This document shows positions 1-9,777 of a stretch of DNA of 64,000 nucleotides, piece by piece. Source of the stretch: Alphaproteobacteria bacterium (GTDB lineage: Bacteria; Pseudomonadota; Alphaproteobacteria; UBA828); assembly GCA_965221125.1 (NCBI GenBank), contig CBDCRW010000007.1, positions 1 through 64,000 of the forward strand, read 5' to 3'. Every line of letters starts with the position of its first letter. The stretch's first letter is position 1. The position numbers were made by a program, and so were the translations under genes. The notes under the pieces were generated by a model. It saw nothing but the letters and a program-made list of their open reading frames with translations. It did not search any database and was not told the origin of the DNA.

Positions 1-365
1 AGCTGGGGACCTTCGAGACTGAGGCCGAAGCCGCCGCCTGCCTCGCCTTCGCCAAGCTGCGGCCCGACCAGGTCGAGTTCCTCTCCAACGTGCCGCTGAT
101 GGCGCTGCCGCCGGCATGAGTGCGGCCTTGCCCCAGACAGATGCCGTGGGCCAGGTCGTTCGGCAACTTCCCGATCCAGGATCGGCGTCGGCGCCGCGGC
201 GGCCGTGCGGTCCGCGGGGCCCTCGGGAAGCCGGCCACCGCCGGATCAGGCCGCAGGCGAGAGGGAAGGGAGAGCTTGAAGGAGGGTGAACGGAGGAGGT
301 CGCGAGAGAGCGGTCCGATCCGTTCGTCAACCATCGTCAGAACTCGCACGTGAAGGAGCACGAAG

Positions 366-815
366 ATGAGTTTCGGACTGAACCGCGCAGAAGTCATTGG
401 CCGCCTGGGTGCGGACGTCACCATCAACAGCCTCGCCTCCGGCGGGCGCGTCGCCAACATGAGCATCGCCACCGACGAGTCGTACATCGACAGGCGTGCA
501 GGCGGCGAGCGGATCGACAAGACAGAGTGGCATCGCGTCGTCACCTTCCAGGACGGGCTGATCGATATGCTGGCGAAGCACGCGAAGAAGGGCCGGCTGA
601 TCTACGTCTCGGGCAAGATGCAGACCAGGAAGTGGCGCAAGGACGGCGAGGACTCGGATCGGTTTTCGACCGAGATCCTGCTCGTTCCCGGTGGGCGCGT
701 GCAGCTTTTGGACAAGCCTGCCGGCACCAACGGCAACGGCGCCGCGCCGGCCAACGGTGAGGACGCGCCGGCGGCCGCGAACGGCGAAAATTCGGGCCAG
801 CCGTTCCCATTCTAA
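366..815 (+). CDS. ssb: Single-stranded DNA-binding protein (mobile-element type)
   Basis: NRAEVIGRLGAD, TEWHRVV and VSGKMQTRKW OB-fold motifs; C-terminal PF; SD GAAGGAG upstream. Confidence 0.92.
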   Translation: MSFGLNRAEVIGRLGADVTINSLASGGRVANMSIATDESYIDRRAGGERIDKTEWHRVVTFQDGLIDMLAKHAKKGRLIYVSGKMQTRKWRKDGEDSDRFSTEILLVPGGRVQLLDKPAGTNGNGAAPANGEDAPAAANGENSGQPFPF

Positions 816-836
816 GGGGAAGTTAGGTAGAAATGT

Positions 837-876
837 AAAGCTCGCAGGGGTAACACCTTGCGGGCTTTCATTTTTT
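837..876 (+). terminator. Probable intrinsic terminator after ssb, supplied by the island end
   Basis: AAAGCTCGCAGG...CCTTGCGGGCTTT hairpin followed by CATTTTTT. Confidence 0.6.
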
Positions 877-951
877 GTTGAATTTCATGATTGACACGTT
901 TGGAGTCGCAATTCTAGGTAAGCCGGAACAAGGCAAGAGCGTAAACTTTCG

Positions 952-2196
952 ATGCCCGAGAGCGTCCGCAGAATCAGACTTCCCGGCGGCGAGACGCTCC
1001 CCGCCCTGGTCGAGCCCGGCTCGGCCCCCGCGCCCGAGCCGATACGGTATGCGGTCTCCATTCTCAGAAACGCCGGCCGCGCCGAGAACACGATCGAGGC
1101 GCACATGCGCGCGATCGCGGCGGCCCGGGTGTGGGCGCACTCGAACGGGCTCTCCCTCGAAGCACGCATGGCCACGGGCGCCGGTCTGGAGCTGCGGGAG
1201 GTCGAGAGTCTTTCCCATGCGCTGAAGACCGCCCGGGTTCCGGATCGGACCGAGCGTCCCCACCAAGCCAATGTCCTGCCGCTTTCCAGATCGGGCAAGG
1301 AGCTTCATCGGCACCTTCCCCACGACTGCGATGAGATGCTGGACCCCCAGACCGGAGCCAACCGTGTGCGGTCCGTCGCTGCCTATCTCGACTGGCTTGC
1401 AAGCCACAGCCGTGCCGCCGGATCGCAGCAGCTCCTTCGCGACACCGTCAAGGCTCTGACCGCCCGGGCGAAGGTGGGCGCGCGTCAACCGTCCGAGCCC
1501 AGGAAGGGCCTGTCGCCGGAACAGCGCGACCGGCTGTTCGCCGTCATCGATCCGTCCTCGCCGGAAAACCCGTTCCGGAGCGAGGCGGTTCGCTATCGCA
1601 ACCTTGCCGTTGTTGCCTGCCTTGACGAGACCGGCATGCGCAGGGGCGAGCTTTGCGGCCTGAAGATCCCGGACATCGACTTCAGGAAACTGACGATCTC
1701 GATCCATCGGCGCCCTCCGGACCCCCGGGACCCTCGTCGGCAGAAGCCGAAGACCAAGTCCGGCGCACGGCCCGTGCCGATCAGGCCGGAGCTGGCGGAC
1801 ATCCTCTTCGCCTACCTGTCGGATTGGCGCCGGACCGAACCCGGCGCCCGGATGCACGCCTATGTCTTCGTGTCCCATGCAGGAATCAGGCCGGGAGCGC
1901 CGTTGACCCCGAGAAGCGTGGGCAACGTCTTCGCTGCGCTCGAAAGCGTTCTCGGCTTCCGTCTCCATCCTCACCTGTTGCGCCACACCTGGAACGACAG
2001 GTTCTCGGCCGCGATCGACGGCAGGGCGGAGCGTGGCGATCGCACCCCCGAGGCGAGCGAGGAGCGCATCCGCAACTTCCTGATGGGATGGAGTCCGGAT
2101 TCGAAGATGGCGGCGGTCTACACGCACCGTCACGTCGAACGGGCGGCCGAGGCCGCCCTGAGAGGCATGCACCAGGGATTGTTCGAGGGTGAGTAG
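952..2196 (+). CDS. Tyrosine recombinase (GinA-like), 414 aa
   Basis: TGMRRGEL, KTK, HLLRH, LMGW and VYTH catalytic motifs. Confidence 0.9.
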   Translation: MPESVRRIRLPGGETLPALVEPGSAPAPEPIRYAVSILRNAGRAENTIEAHMRAIAAARVWAHSNGLSLEARMATGAGLELREVESLSHALKTARVPDRTERPHQANVLPLSRSGKELHRHLPHDCDEMLDPQTGANRVRSVAAYLDWLASHSRAAGSQQLLRDTVKALTARAKVGARQPSEPRKGLSPEQRDRLFAVIDPSSPENPFRSEAVRYRNLAVVACLDETGMRRGELCGLKIPDIDFRKLTISIHRRPPDPRDPRRQKPKTKSGARPVPIRPELADILFAYLSDWRRTEPGARMHAYVFVSHAGIRPGAPLTPRSVGNVFAALESVLGFRLHPHLLRHTWNDRFSAAIDGRAERGDRTPEASEERIRNFLMGWSPDSKMAAVYTHRHVERAAEAALRGMHQGLFEGE

Positions 2197-3676
2197 TCCG
2201 GGCGGATTGCAGCCTGCCGGCGCTCCGCGAGAGCGCGGCATCCATGCGGGATTCGATTCCGGCGGCGACGTCTGGAAGATCGTGCTGGAGAAGGGCGTGA
2301 CCCGCATCTCCTTCAAGCCGATACGAGATCATTGGGGCGCCGGGCACGCCGACAACGTCAAGCAGGCTGCCCTTGCCTACATGGAAGATCGCTCCCCCGA
2401 CACCGTGTTGGGGGGCGTCCAGGCCCTCGCAAGAATGGCGCGGGATGTCCCGGTCGGCGCCACCATCTCTGCGGCGGCTCTCATGGACTACCGGTCGCTG
2501 CTCGCTCGCGAGCAACTGCACTATCTGGGCCACGTCGCGGCGTTCCTGAAGTTCTGGGTCGCACGCGGCTACGCCGGGGTCGACCGCGACGTGCTGCAGT
2601 TCTTCAGCAGCATCAAGATACCCGGGAACGTCAAGGGCGCCGCCGTCCGCACGCACCACCCCACGAAGGGTCCCTTCACCGATGTGGAGTTGCAGAGCAT
2701 CACCCTTGCGGCACGCGAGGCGTATGGCGAGGGCCGCGTGAGCAGGCAGGACTTCGGCATTCTTCTCACGCTGACCGCAACGGGGGCCCGGCCCGGCCAG
2801 CTGTCGATGCTGACTTGTGGCGATCTGGTTCCGCCTGCACCGGGATCGGCCGCATCTCGCCTCCTGGTGCCGTCTCTCAAGAAGAGGACGCCGAAGCGCC
2901 TCACGCGCGAGCGGGTCATCCCTGGCGAGCTTGCCGTTCTGCTTAGGGAACTCGTCGAGGAGCGATCCCGCGACGAGCGCTTCCGGGGCATTCCGGTCGA
3001 CCGGCGTCCGATCTTTGCCGTCGAGGCGACCGCCTTCGCATCGCTCGCGGAGGCACACATCGGCAGGGGCGGTGCCGGCCGCGCTCTGAGGCGCATCCAG
3101 AGCGCGCTCGGCCTTCGGTCGGCGCGCACTGCCGCTCCGATCAACCTGGCGCCCCGGCGGTTCCGGAGCACTCTCGGGACGCGTGCTGCCGATGTGGGTC
3201 ACCCTCCTGTTCTGATCGCTCACCTTCTCGATCACACCGACCTCCAGCACGTCGGCGTGTATGTGGAGTCGCGCGGCTCGATCCAGGACCGCATGGACGC
3301 CGCCCTTCATGGCCGGGCGGAGCCGCTGGCCGGGCTGTTCAGGGGCACGATCGTTGCGGGCGAGGTCGAATCCGGCGCCGGGGAAGCGCCGTCGCGTCGC
3401 GTTGCGTCCGCCGCCGGCGGAGGCGTGGGAACCTGCGCGGGCCCGCGCAGCTGTGTCCGTCTGGCGCCGCTTGCATGCTACACCTGCGCCGCGTTCCGTC
3501 CCTGGCGTGACGCGCCTCACGAGGATCTGCTGCAGTCCCTGGTCGAGGAGCGCAGGACGCTTCTCGCGGACGGGATCTCCCCGCAGGTGGCCGCCGCCAA
3601 CGACGCAACCATCATGGCCGTCGCGGAGGTCGCCGATCGTTGCCGCGCGATGCGGACGGGGGTGGCTCATGGCTGA
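2189..3676 (+). CDS. Tyrosine recombinase-like protein (GinB-like), 495 aa
   Basis: TGARPGQL, RRFRSTLGT, LLDH and GVYV motifs; Cys-rich C-terminus (CYTC); overlaps upstream stop. Confidence 0.85.
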   Translation: MSSPGGLQPAGAPRERGIHAGFDSGGDVWKIVLEKGVTRISFKPIRDHWGAGHADNVKQAALAYMEDRSPDTVLGGVQALARMARDVPVGATISAAALMDYRSLLAREQLHYLGHVAAFLKFWVARGYAGVDRDVLQFFSSIKIPGNVKGAAVRTHHPTKGPFTDVELQSITLAAREAYGEGRVSRQDFGILLTLTATGARPGQLSMLTCGDLVPPAPGSAASRLLVPSLKKRTPKRLTRERVIPGELAVLLRELVEERSRDERFRGIPVDRRPIFAVEATAFASLAEAHIGRGGAGRALRRIQSALGLRSARTAAPINLAPRRFRSTLGTRAADVGHPPVLIAHLLDHTDLQHVGVYVESRGSIQDRMDAALHGRAEPLAGLFRGTIVAGEVESGAGEAPSRRVASAAGGGVGTCAGPRSCVRLAPLACYTCAAFRPWRDAPHEDLLQSLVEERRTLLADGISPQVAAANDATIMAVAEVADRCRAMRTGVAHG

Positions 3677-5723
3677 GCTCGCGCTCTTCCGGCCGGCGGA
3701 GGCGCTCGATGCCGAAGCGAGGCTCGCCGAGTTCATCCGTCATGCGCGCGACGACCTCACGGTGTTCGGCGCCGAGCTCGACTGGGACGCGCCGAGATGG
3801 GAGCTGCGCGGAGTTGCCACTGTGTCGGGCCGCAGCAAGAGCGTGCTTCGCCTCAACTGGGGTCATCCCCTGAAGAAAGCGCCAAGGTCGATCGAGCACT
3901 ACGCGCCGTTCGGCGCCCGCAACGCCGACTTCTTCAAGGCGTACCTGCGCTACAGGTATGGTCTTGCCCCACAGATGGCCCCTCAGCTGATGCTCTCGGC
4001 GATGCGGCATCTCGACAAGACTCTCGCCGAAGCTGGCAAATCGATTGCCGACGCGCGGCCCGACGACTTCAACGCCGCCGCCGCGGCCTCTCGCTCTGCT
4101 TACAGCCGCCACACTGCGTATCGCGTCGGCCTGCAGCTTCAAGCGATCGCCGGCTTTCTCGACCATCACGGCCTCGTCGCGCGGCCTCTCGTCTGGACCT
4201 GCCCCATCAGGCGGCCGACGAGCTTCGATCGCATCGGCGTCGAACGCGAGCGGGCTCGGGCCCGGAAACTTCCCTCGGAACGCGCGCTTGCCGCGCTCGG
4301 AGAGGCATACCGCCGCGCCGAGCATCCAATGGACGTGATTGCCGCTTCCGCATACGCCCTTCTCCTGGTGACGCACAGCCGCATCTCCGAGCTGCACCGG
4401 CTCGACGCCTACGATTGCGAAGTGGAGGCCGTCGAGAGCGGCAAGGACCGCTACGGCCTGCGCTGGTATCCGTCGAAGGGCGGCGAGCCCGAGACGCGCT
4501 GGATCCCGAGCGCGTTCGTGCCGCTGGCGAGGGACGCGCTGAAGCGCATTCGAGACGTCACCGAGCCCGCCCGCGCGCTTGCGCGCAGGTACATGGCCGG
4601 CGAGGACATCCTCCCGGGCGACGCCCCGGACGATCCTCTCGCCCGCGAGGGCTACATCAGCATGAGGAGTCTCGGAACGGCCGCCGATCCGAGGACCGTG
4701 CTTGTCGCGCTGCGCAGAAACGGATTCGATGTTCGCGCGGACCACGCAACACAGCTGGGCGTCAAGCTCGCAATGAACGCCAAGCTTTATCTCCGCGCGC
4801 CGATCGAAGAAGGCTTTCGGGCGGAGCTCCCGCAAGGCTTCCCGCTGGCCGATCCCAGATCCGGCCTCGGATACGACCGCGCGCTGCTCGTACGCACCGC
4901 TGACATGGCCCGGCAATCGTGCACTCTCTTCTGGCGCCTTTCCTGCGTCTCGACCAGCGAGATCAAGAACACCATGAACGGGAGAGACTGCACGAGCGAT
5001 CAAAAGGCTGGATTGTTCGGCCGTCTCGGGCTGGTGGACGACGATGGCGAGACCGTCCGCATCACGCCTCACCAGCTGCGCCACTACATGACCACGCTGG
5101 CGAACGAGGGGAACCTGTCGCAGCTCGACATCGCGAGATGGGCGGGCCGCAAGGACATCCGGCACAACGCGTACTACGACCACGAAACCGCCGATTCCCT
5201 CGTCTCCAAGGCGCGCTCTCTCGGCGGGGACATCTTCGGCAGCCCGATGACGGCAACCCCTCAGCGGCCGGTGACCCCGCGGCAGCTGATCGAGGGCAGT
5301 CTCGCCGGGGTGCATCTGACGCGTTACGGCGCCTGCCTGCACGACTTTGCGGCGTCGCCCTGCCCGATGTACCGGGACTGCCTGAACTGCGTCGAGCACG
5401 CCTGCGTCAAGGGAGACGAGCGCGCCGAGCGCGCCCTGCGCGACCGCCTAGCCGTCATCCAGAAAGCTGTCGCGTCCGCGGAAGAGGCCGCAGCTATCGG
5501 CGAAGGCAACTCGGAGATCTGGCTCTCCCGCAAGAGGACCGAGCTTGCGCGCCTGCGCGAGCTCGTCGCCCTGATCGACGACGCGGCGATCGCGCCGGGC
5601 GCCGTCCTGAGGCTCGACGGCGCGGCACGCTATGCGATCGGCGGCGACGGGGCCGGTTCGGCGAAAGCCCTGCCCGGCCCCGGCCCGGCTCCCGATTCCT
5701 TACCCCGGCTACGGAAACCGTGA
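3669..5723 (+). CDS. Tyrosine recombinase (GinC-like), 684 aa
   Basis: Start re-called at the ATG overlapping the previous stop (ATGGCTGA); HSRISEL, HQLRHY, WAGR, YYDH motifs; C-terminal GACLHDF..PC...DCLNC. Confidence 0.85.
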   Translation: MAELALFRPAEALDAEARLAEFIRHARDDLTVFGAELDWDAPRWELRGVATVSGRSKSVLRLNWGHPLKKAPRSIEHYAPFGARNADFFKAYLRYRYGLAPQMAPQLMLSAMRHLDKTLAEAGKSIADARPDDFNAAAAASRSAYSRHTAYRVGLQLQAIAGFLDHHGLVARPLVWTCPIRRPTSFDRIGVERERARARKLPSERALAALGEAYRRAEHPMDVIAASAYALLLVTHSRISELHRLDAYDCEVEAVESGKDRYGLRWYPSKGGEPETRWIPSAFVPLARDALKRIRDVTEPARALARRYMAGEDILPGDAPDDPLAREGYISMRSLGTAADPRTVLVALRRNGFDVRADHATQLGVKLAMNAKLYLRAPIEEGFRAELPQGFPLADPRSGLGYDRALLVRTADMARQSCTLFWRLSCVSTSEIKNTMNGRDCTSDQKAGLFGRLGLVDDDGETVRITPHQLRHYMTTLANEGNLSQLDIARWAGRKDIRHNAYYDHETADSLVSKARSLGGDIFGSPMTATPQRPVTPRQLIEGSLAGVHLTRYGACLHDFAASPCPMYRDCLNCVEHACVKGDERAERALRDRLAVIQKAVASAEEAAAIGEGNSEIWLSRKRTELARLRELVALIDDAAIAPGAVLRLDGAARYAIGGDGAGSAKALPGPGPAPDSLPRLRKP

Positions 5724-5724
5724 C

Positions 5725-6144
5725 ATGGCCCGGCACCTCACCGAGACCAACGTCGAAACGCTCGCCAGGACCATCGGCACGCTCGAGGTGGCCACGTGGG
5801 GCGCGGTCGTGAGGCTGGCGCGGCGACGGCTCGGCCACGCCTACTCGCGCCAGGCGCTGTCCAGGCATGAACGGATAAGGACGGCGCTCGCGGCCCGCAG
5901 GGAGCAACTCAGGGGCAGCGGGGCGGGGCGGCGGCCGAGACCGAAGACCGACACCGAAGCGGCCCTCCTCGAGCGCATCGATTCCCTGGAAGCGGACCTC
6001 TGCCGGCTTCGCGCCGAGAACGAGGCGATGATGACCCGGTTCGCCGTCTGGGCCTACAACACGCACGTTCTCGGCATTCCCGACCATCGGCTGGACGCTC
6101 CGCTTCAGCCGGTCGATCGAGAATATAGCGAGCATGACGCATGA
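5725..6144 (+). CDS. Small GinD-like accessory protein with coiled coil, 139 aa
   Basis: Starts 1 nt after the third recombinase; YSRQAL motif, coiled coil and WAYN motif. Confidence 0.7.
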   Translation: MARHLTETNVETLARTIGTLEVATWGAVVRLARRRLGHAYSRQALSRHERIRTALAARREQLRGSGAGRRPRPKTDTEAALLERIDSLEADLCRLRAENEAMMTRFAVWAYNTHVLGIPDHRLDAPLQPVDREYSEHDA

Positions 6145-6680
6145 GCAGGGGCAGCGGCGCGGAACGCGGCCGGCAGGCGGTGCTGCGCCTGCGCGAAGAG
6201 ATCGACGCGCGCGAGGCGGCCGGCGAGACCTTGCCCATGAACGGCCGGGCTCTCCATCTGGCGAAGATCTGCCAGCTGGTCGGGGTTGGCCGGTCGACGG
6301 TGACGCAGAACCCGTCCTTCCGCGCCATGCTCAAGGACTACGCCGGCCGGAAGGGCGTGGCCTTCTCCGCCAGAGGATCGCCGCCCTCCGTGCACGACCG
6401 CCAGACCACGGGAGCTGTCGAGGCGCCGGGCGACGCCGGCGGGGAGGCCATGGTGCCGGCCTCCCGCCTGCGCGAGGAACAGCGGCGCAGCGCGGCCGCC
6501 GAGCGCCGCGTCAGCGAGCTGGTCGCCAGGAACGCGGCGCTCATCGCCCGCCTGAGGCGCTATGAGGCTACCGATCAAGCGCTGATCGCCGCCGGTCGCC
6601 GCTACAGGCCCAGGCCGCCGGAGAAAGAGAACTCCGGCCCCGGACAGAGCCGCCTTCAGCTCGACGAGACGTCCGAATGA
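6141..6680 (+). CDS. Hypothetical HTH plus coiled-coil protein, 179 aa
   Basis: ATGA overlaps at both ends; HTH-like LAKICQLVGVGRSTV. Confidence 0.7.
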   Translation: MSRGSGAERGRQAVLRLREEIDAREAAGETLPMNGRALHLAKICQLVGVGRSTVTQNPSFRAMLKDYAGRKGVAFSARGSPPSVHDRQTTGAVEAPGDAGGEAMVPASRLREEQRRSAAAERRVSELVARNAALIARLRRYEATDQALIAAGRRYRPRPPEKENSGPGQSRLQLDETSE

Positions 6681-8656
6681 GCCGGCCGGGCGCAGCCGCC
6701 CGTGCCGCCGTCGAGGCCCCGATGCCGCGAAGGCCCGGCGCGCTCGCGGCGTACCTTGCCGAGGACCGGGACTTCCGCGGCATCGGCCCCGCGAAGGCCG
6801 CTGCCCTGGCAGCCGCATTCGGCGACGGCCTGCGTAACGCGCTCGACCGGAAACATCCCGAGGTCACCGCCATCCTCGGCGAGGAAACCGCCACCAACGC
6901 GTTCGCGGCCTACGAGTTGAAGAGCCCCGAGATCGAGCTTCTCGACTGGCTGGAAAGCCGGGGGGTCGCCCCCGCTGTCGGGACGCGTACCGCGATCAGG
7001 ATCGCCCGCTGCTGGGGCCATGACGGCATCGACGCCCTGAAGGACAATCCCTACCTCCTCGCGAGCTTCCTGCCCTGGCCTGCAACCGACAGGGTCTGCC
7101 GCGCTCTCGGCGTCGCGCCCGACGATCCCCGCCGCGCCGTCGCCGCCGTCGAGGCCACCCTCTACCGCCGCCTCGACCGGAACCATACATGGACGTCCCG
7201 CGCCTCGGCAGAGGCCGGGGCCGCGAAGCTGCTCACCGGCGTAGCGGCTCCGGACGGCAGCCCTGCCGGACCCTGGGCGGTCGAGAGCGCCGTCGAAGCC
7301 GGCGGCGCCGAGCCCTTCGAGGACGGCGTTCAGCCCATGGGCGCGGCCGCCATGGAGGCCTTCCTTGCCGAAGAGCTCGCACGCTTCGCCGCCGAAGTTC
7401 CGGCGTCCGACCTGGCCTTGCCAGCTGTTGCCGGCGAGGAGATCGGGCACGCCGTTGACGAGTATGAACGCCGCCGGCCGCACCGCCTCACGGGCCCGCA
7501 GAAAGCCGCCATCGCGGGCGCCTTCCGGCACCGGCTGTCGGTGCTGGGCGGCTATGCCGGCTCCGGCAAGACCACGTCCCTGCGCGGCATCTGCGAGCTG
7601 GCGGAACGCTTCGGCCGCGACACCGTGCTCATCGCGCTCTCGGGCCGCGCGGCGCAGCGCATGGCCCAATCGGCGGGGCGCCCCGCGATGACGATCGCCC
7701 GCTTCCTCAAGGAGACCTCCGGCGGCGCGGGTGCGCGCTTGCATGCAGGCAACATCGTCATCGTCGACGAGGCGTCCATGGTCGACCTTCCCCTGCTCTG
7801 GCAGGTGGTGAGACGCATCGGGGACGCCTCCCTCGTTCTCGTCGGCGATCCCGCGCAGCTTCCGCCCATCGGCTTCGGCCTGACCTTCCACGTGCTCATC
7901 GAACATCCCGCCATCCCGAAGACCGTCCTCGACCGCGTGATGCGTCAATCGGCCGAGACCGGGATACCGGTCGTGGCCGAGGCCATTCGCAACGGCCGCC
8001 GCCCGGAGCTCGGCCCCTTCCGCGGCCTGGCGCCGGGGGTGACGTTCATCGACGCCGCCCCGGAGGAGGCGTTCGACGTCATCTTCGATGCCGGCGCGCG
8101 GCTCGCCAAGAACGGATTGCGCCGGGGCGACGCTCAGATCGTCGCGCCGGTCAACGCAGGACCGGCGGGCATCCTCGCCATCAACCGCCGGTTCCACGAA
8201 CTGCGGATGCAGGGCAGCGCCCATACCCCCCGTCTCGTTCCCGGCCGTGCCGACATCGCCGAAGGCGATCCCGTCATCTGGACCCGCAACGACTACGAGC
8301 GCGACCTCATGAACGGCTCCACCGGCCGTATCGTCGAAGCGCACCGGGACCATGCGACGGCGGTCATCGACAGCCAGGAGCACCGGCTGGGCGCCGCCGA
8401 CGCCACCAACATCGAGCTCGCCTACGCGATCTCCGTGCACAAGGCGCAGGGCTCGCAGTGGCCCCTGGTGATCGTGCCCGTCTACCGGTCCAGGATCCTC
8501 GACAGAACGCTGATCTACACCGCGGCCACGCGGGCCTCGGAGCAGGTCGTCTTCGTCGGAGACCGAAACGTCTTCGACGCTGCCGTCGCAACGGCGCCAA
8601 GGAATCTGAAGCGCGACATCACCCTGGCGTCGCGCTTGAGATCGATCGGGCAATGA
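6677..8656 (+). CDS. RecD2/TraA-like SF1B helicase, 659 aa
   Basis: HhH FRGIGPAKA; NPY; Walker A GYAGSGKT; IVDEASM; VGDPAQLPPI; AYAISVHKAQGSQW; LIYTAATRA. Confidence 0.92.
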   Translation: MSRPGAAARAAVEAPMPRRPGALAAYLAEDRDFRGIGPAKAAALAAAFGDGLRNALDRKHPEVTAILGEETATNAFAAYELKSPEIELLDWLESRGVAPAVGTRTAIRIARCWGHDGIDALKDNPYLLASFLPWPATDRVCRALGVAPDDPRRAVAAVEATLYRRLDRNHTWTSRASAEAGAAKLLTGVAAPDGSPAGPWAVESAVEAGGAEPFEDGVQPMGAAAMEAFLAEELARFAAEVPASDLALPAVAGEEIGHAVDEYERRRPHRLTGPQKAAIAGAFRHRLSVLGGYAGSGKTTSLRGICELAERFGRDTVLIALSGRAAQRMAQSAGRPAMTIARFLKETSGGAGARLHAGNIVIVDEASMVDLPLLWQVVRRIGDASLVLVGDPAQLPPIGFGLTFHVLIEHPAIPKTVLDRVMRQSAETGIPVVAEAIRNGRRPELGPFRGLAPGVTFIDAAPEEAFDVIFDAGARLAKNGLRRGDAQIVAPVNAGPAGILAINRRFHELRMQGSAHTPRLVPGRADIAEGDPVIWTRNDYERDLMNGSTGRIVEAHRDHATAVIDSQEHRLGAADATNIELAYAISVHKAQGSQWPLVIVPVYRSRILDRTLIYTAATRASEQVVFVGDRNVFDAAVATAPRNLKRDITLASRLRSIGQ

Positions 8657-8960
8657 CCTCGTTCAGCGACACCCGCCTGCCGGCTGGCCCCATCGCGCCC
8701 TGATCGCCCCCATCCCGCGCCCCCCTGATCAAAACTGCGCCCTGGCGGCTTCCAATGCCGGCGCACGCCCGGCCGCAGCCGGCCTCTCGTCGCGTGCGAT
8801 CCGTGAAGCCGTCGGCTACCTGTCGGCCACCGGGGCGCCGGGCCTGGCAGAGGTGGAGAGTGGCTGGAGGAGGATGAACGGAGAAGGGCGGGGAGAGAGA
8901 TCCCCCGGCCCGCTTCGTTCCGCAACCATCGTCAGAAACTCGGATGAACAGGAGACGATC

Positions 8961-9380
8961 ATGAGCTTCGGGATGAACAGGGCTGAGCTCATCGGACGCT
9001 TGGGCGCCGATGCGACCATCACCAATCTCACGTCCGGCGGGCGCGTCGCCAATATGAGCGTGGCGACCGACGAGGGGTACATCGACAAGACCGGCGAGCG
9101 CGTCGATCGCGTGGAATGGCACAAGGCGGTGACCTTCCAGGACGGGCTCATCGGCATGCTCGAAAAGCACGCGAAGAAGGGTCGCCTGGTCTACGTCAGC
9201 GGCAAGCTCCAGACGCGCAGGTGGCGGAAGGAGGGCGAGGACAGCGACCGCTTCTCCACCGAGATCCTGCTGGTGCCCGGTTCGCGGATCCAGTTCCTCG
9301 AGCGCACCAACGGCACCGCCGCCACCCAGGACGACCGCCGGCCGGCAGAAGCCGGCCATGCCTCCGATTCGCCGTTCTAG
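8961..9380 (+). CDS. ssb: Single-stranded DNA-binding protein, second paralog (island cargo), 139 aa
   Basis: Close paralog of 366-815; SD AGGAG before ATG 8961; ends DSPF. Confidence 0.9.
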   Translation: MSFGMNRAELIGRLGADATITNLTSGGRVANMSVATDEGYIDKTGERVDRVEWHKAVTFQDGLIGMLEKHAKKGRLVYVSGKLQTRRWRKEGEDSDRFSTEILLVPGSRIQFLERTNGTAATQDDRRPAEAGHASDSPF

Positions 9381-9470
9381 GAGCATGATCGCCGTCTACT
9401 CCCGATCGGGCCGGCGCTTCGCGCGTCGGCCCGTCCTTCCTGGCCTCGCATCGGGTGCCGACGACAAAAG

Positions 9471-9519
9471 TGTAAACAATGTCGCCCATATCGGGCCAAT
9501 CTCGGCGGCATTGTTTACA
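9471..9519. repeat. Palindrome near the island right end
   Basis: TGTAAACAATGTCGCC-N17-GGCGGCATTGTTTACA, 15/16 complementary. Confidence 0.8.
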
Positions 9520-9777
9520 AGAGATCCGCACGGAAGGGCACCGGAACACCAAAAGATCGTTGTGAATCAAACCACTCACTCAAACGTTACACGGTCCAAC
9601 TTCCCATAACCATTCTAAGCTGCCCATCCTCGCAGCGGGTGACCTCCCGCCCGCTCCCCGAGGGGCCGTGTTCCGCGTCATCTGCCGCGCGGAGCACGGC
9701 CCCTTCCCCTTCAACCCTCGCGCAAGGCAGGCGCCCTCCGGGCGCCGCCGCGCGCCCCTTTCATGGGAAGTCCCGCC

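Larger units (their letters stand above)
807..9619 (+). mobile_element. GInt-like island (three tyrosine recombinases plus small ginD-like gene) inserted at the ssb stop codon
   Basis: 10-bp direct repeat CCATTCTAAG at 807-816 and 9610-9619; inner inverted motif GGGAAGTT (818-825) / AACTTCCC (9598-9605); AT-rich ends; four coupled genes in GInt-like order. Confidence 0.75.

Noticed and set aside
952-5723. Canonical RIT element
   Set aside because: Protein sizes (414/495/684 aa), Cys-rich tails, a fourth coupled small gene, cargo and lack of long terminal IRs fit a GInt-like island better; not confirmed by search.
868-8653. Long antisense ORFs (482, 616, 595, 665 aa, and similar ones across the window)
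   Set aside because: Shadows of real genes in high-GC DNA, with no recognisable motifs.
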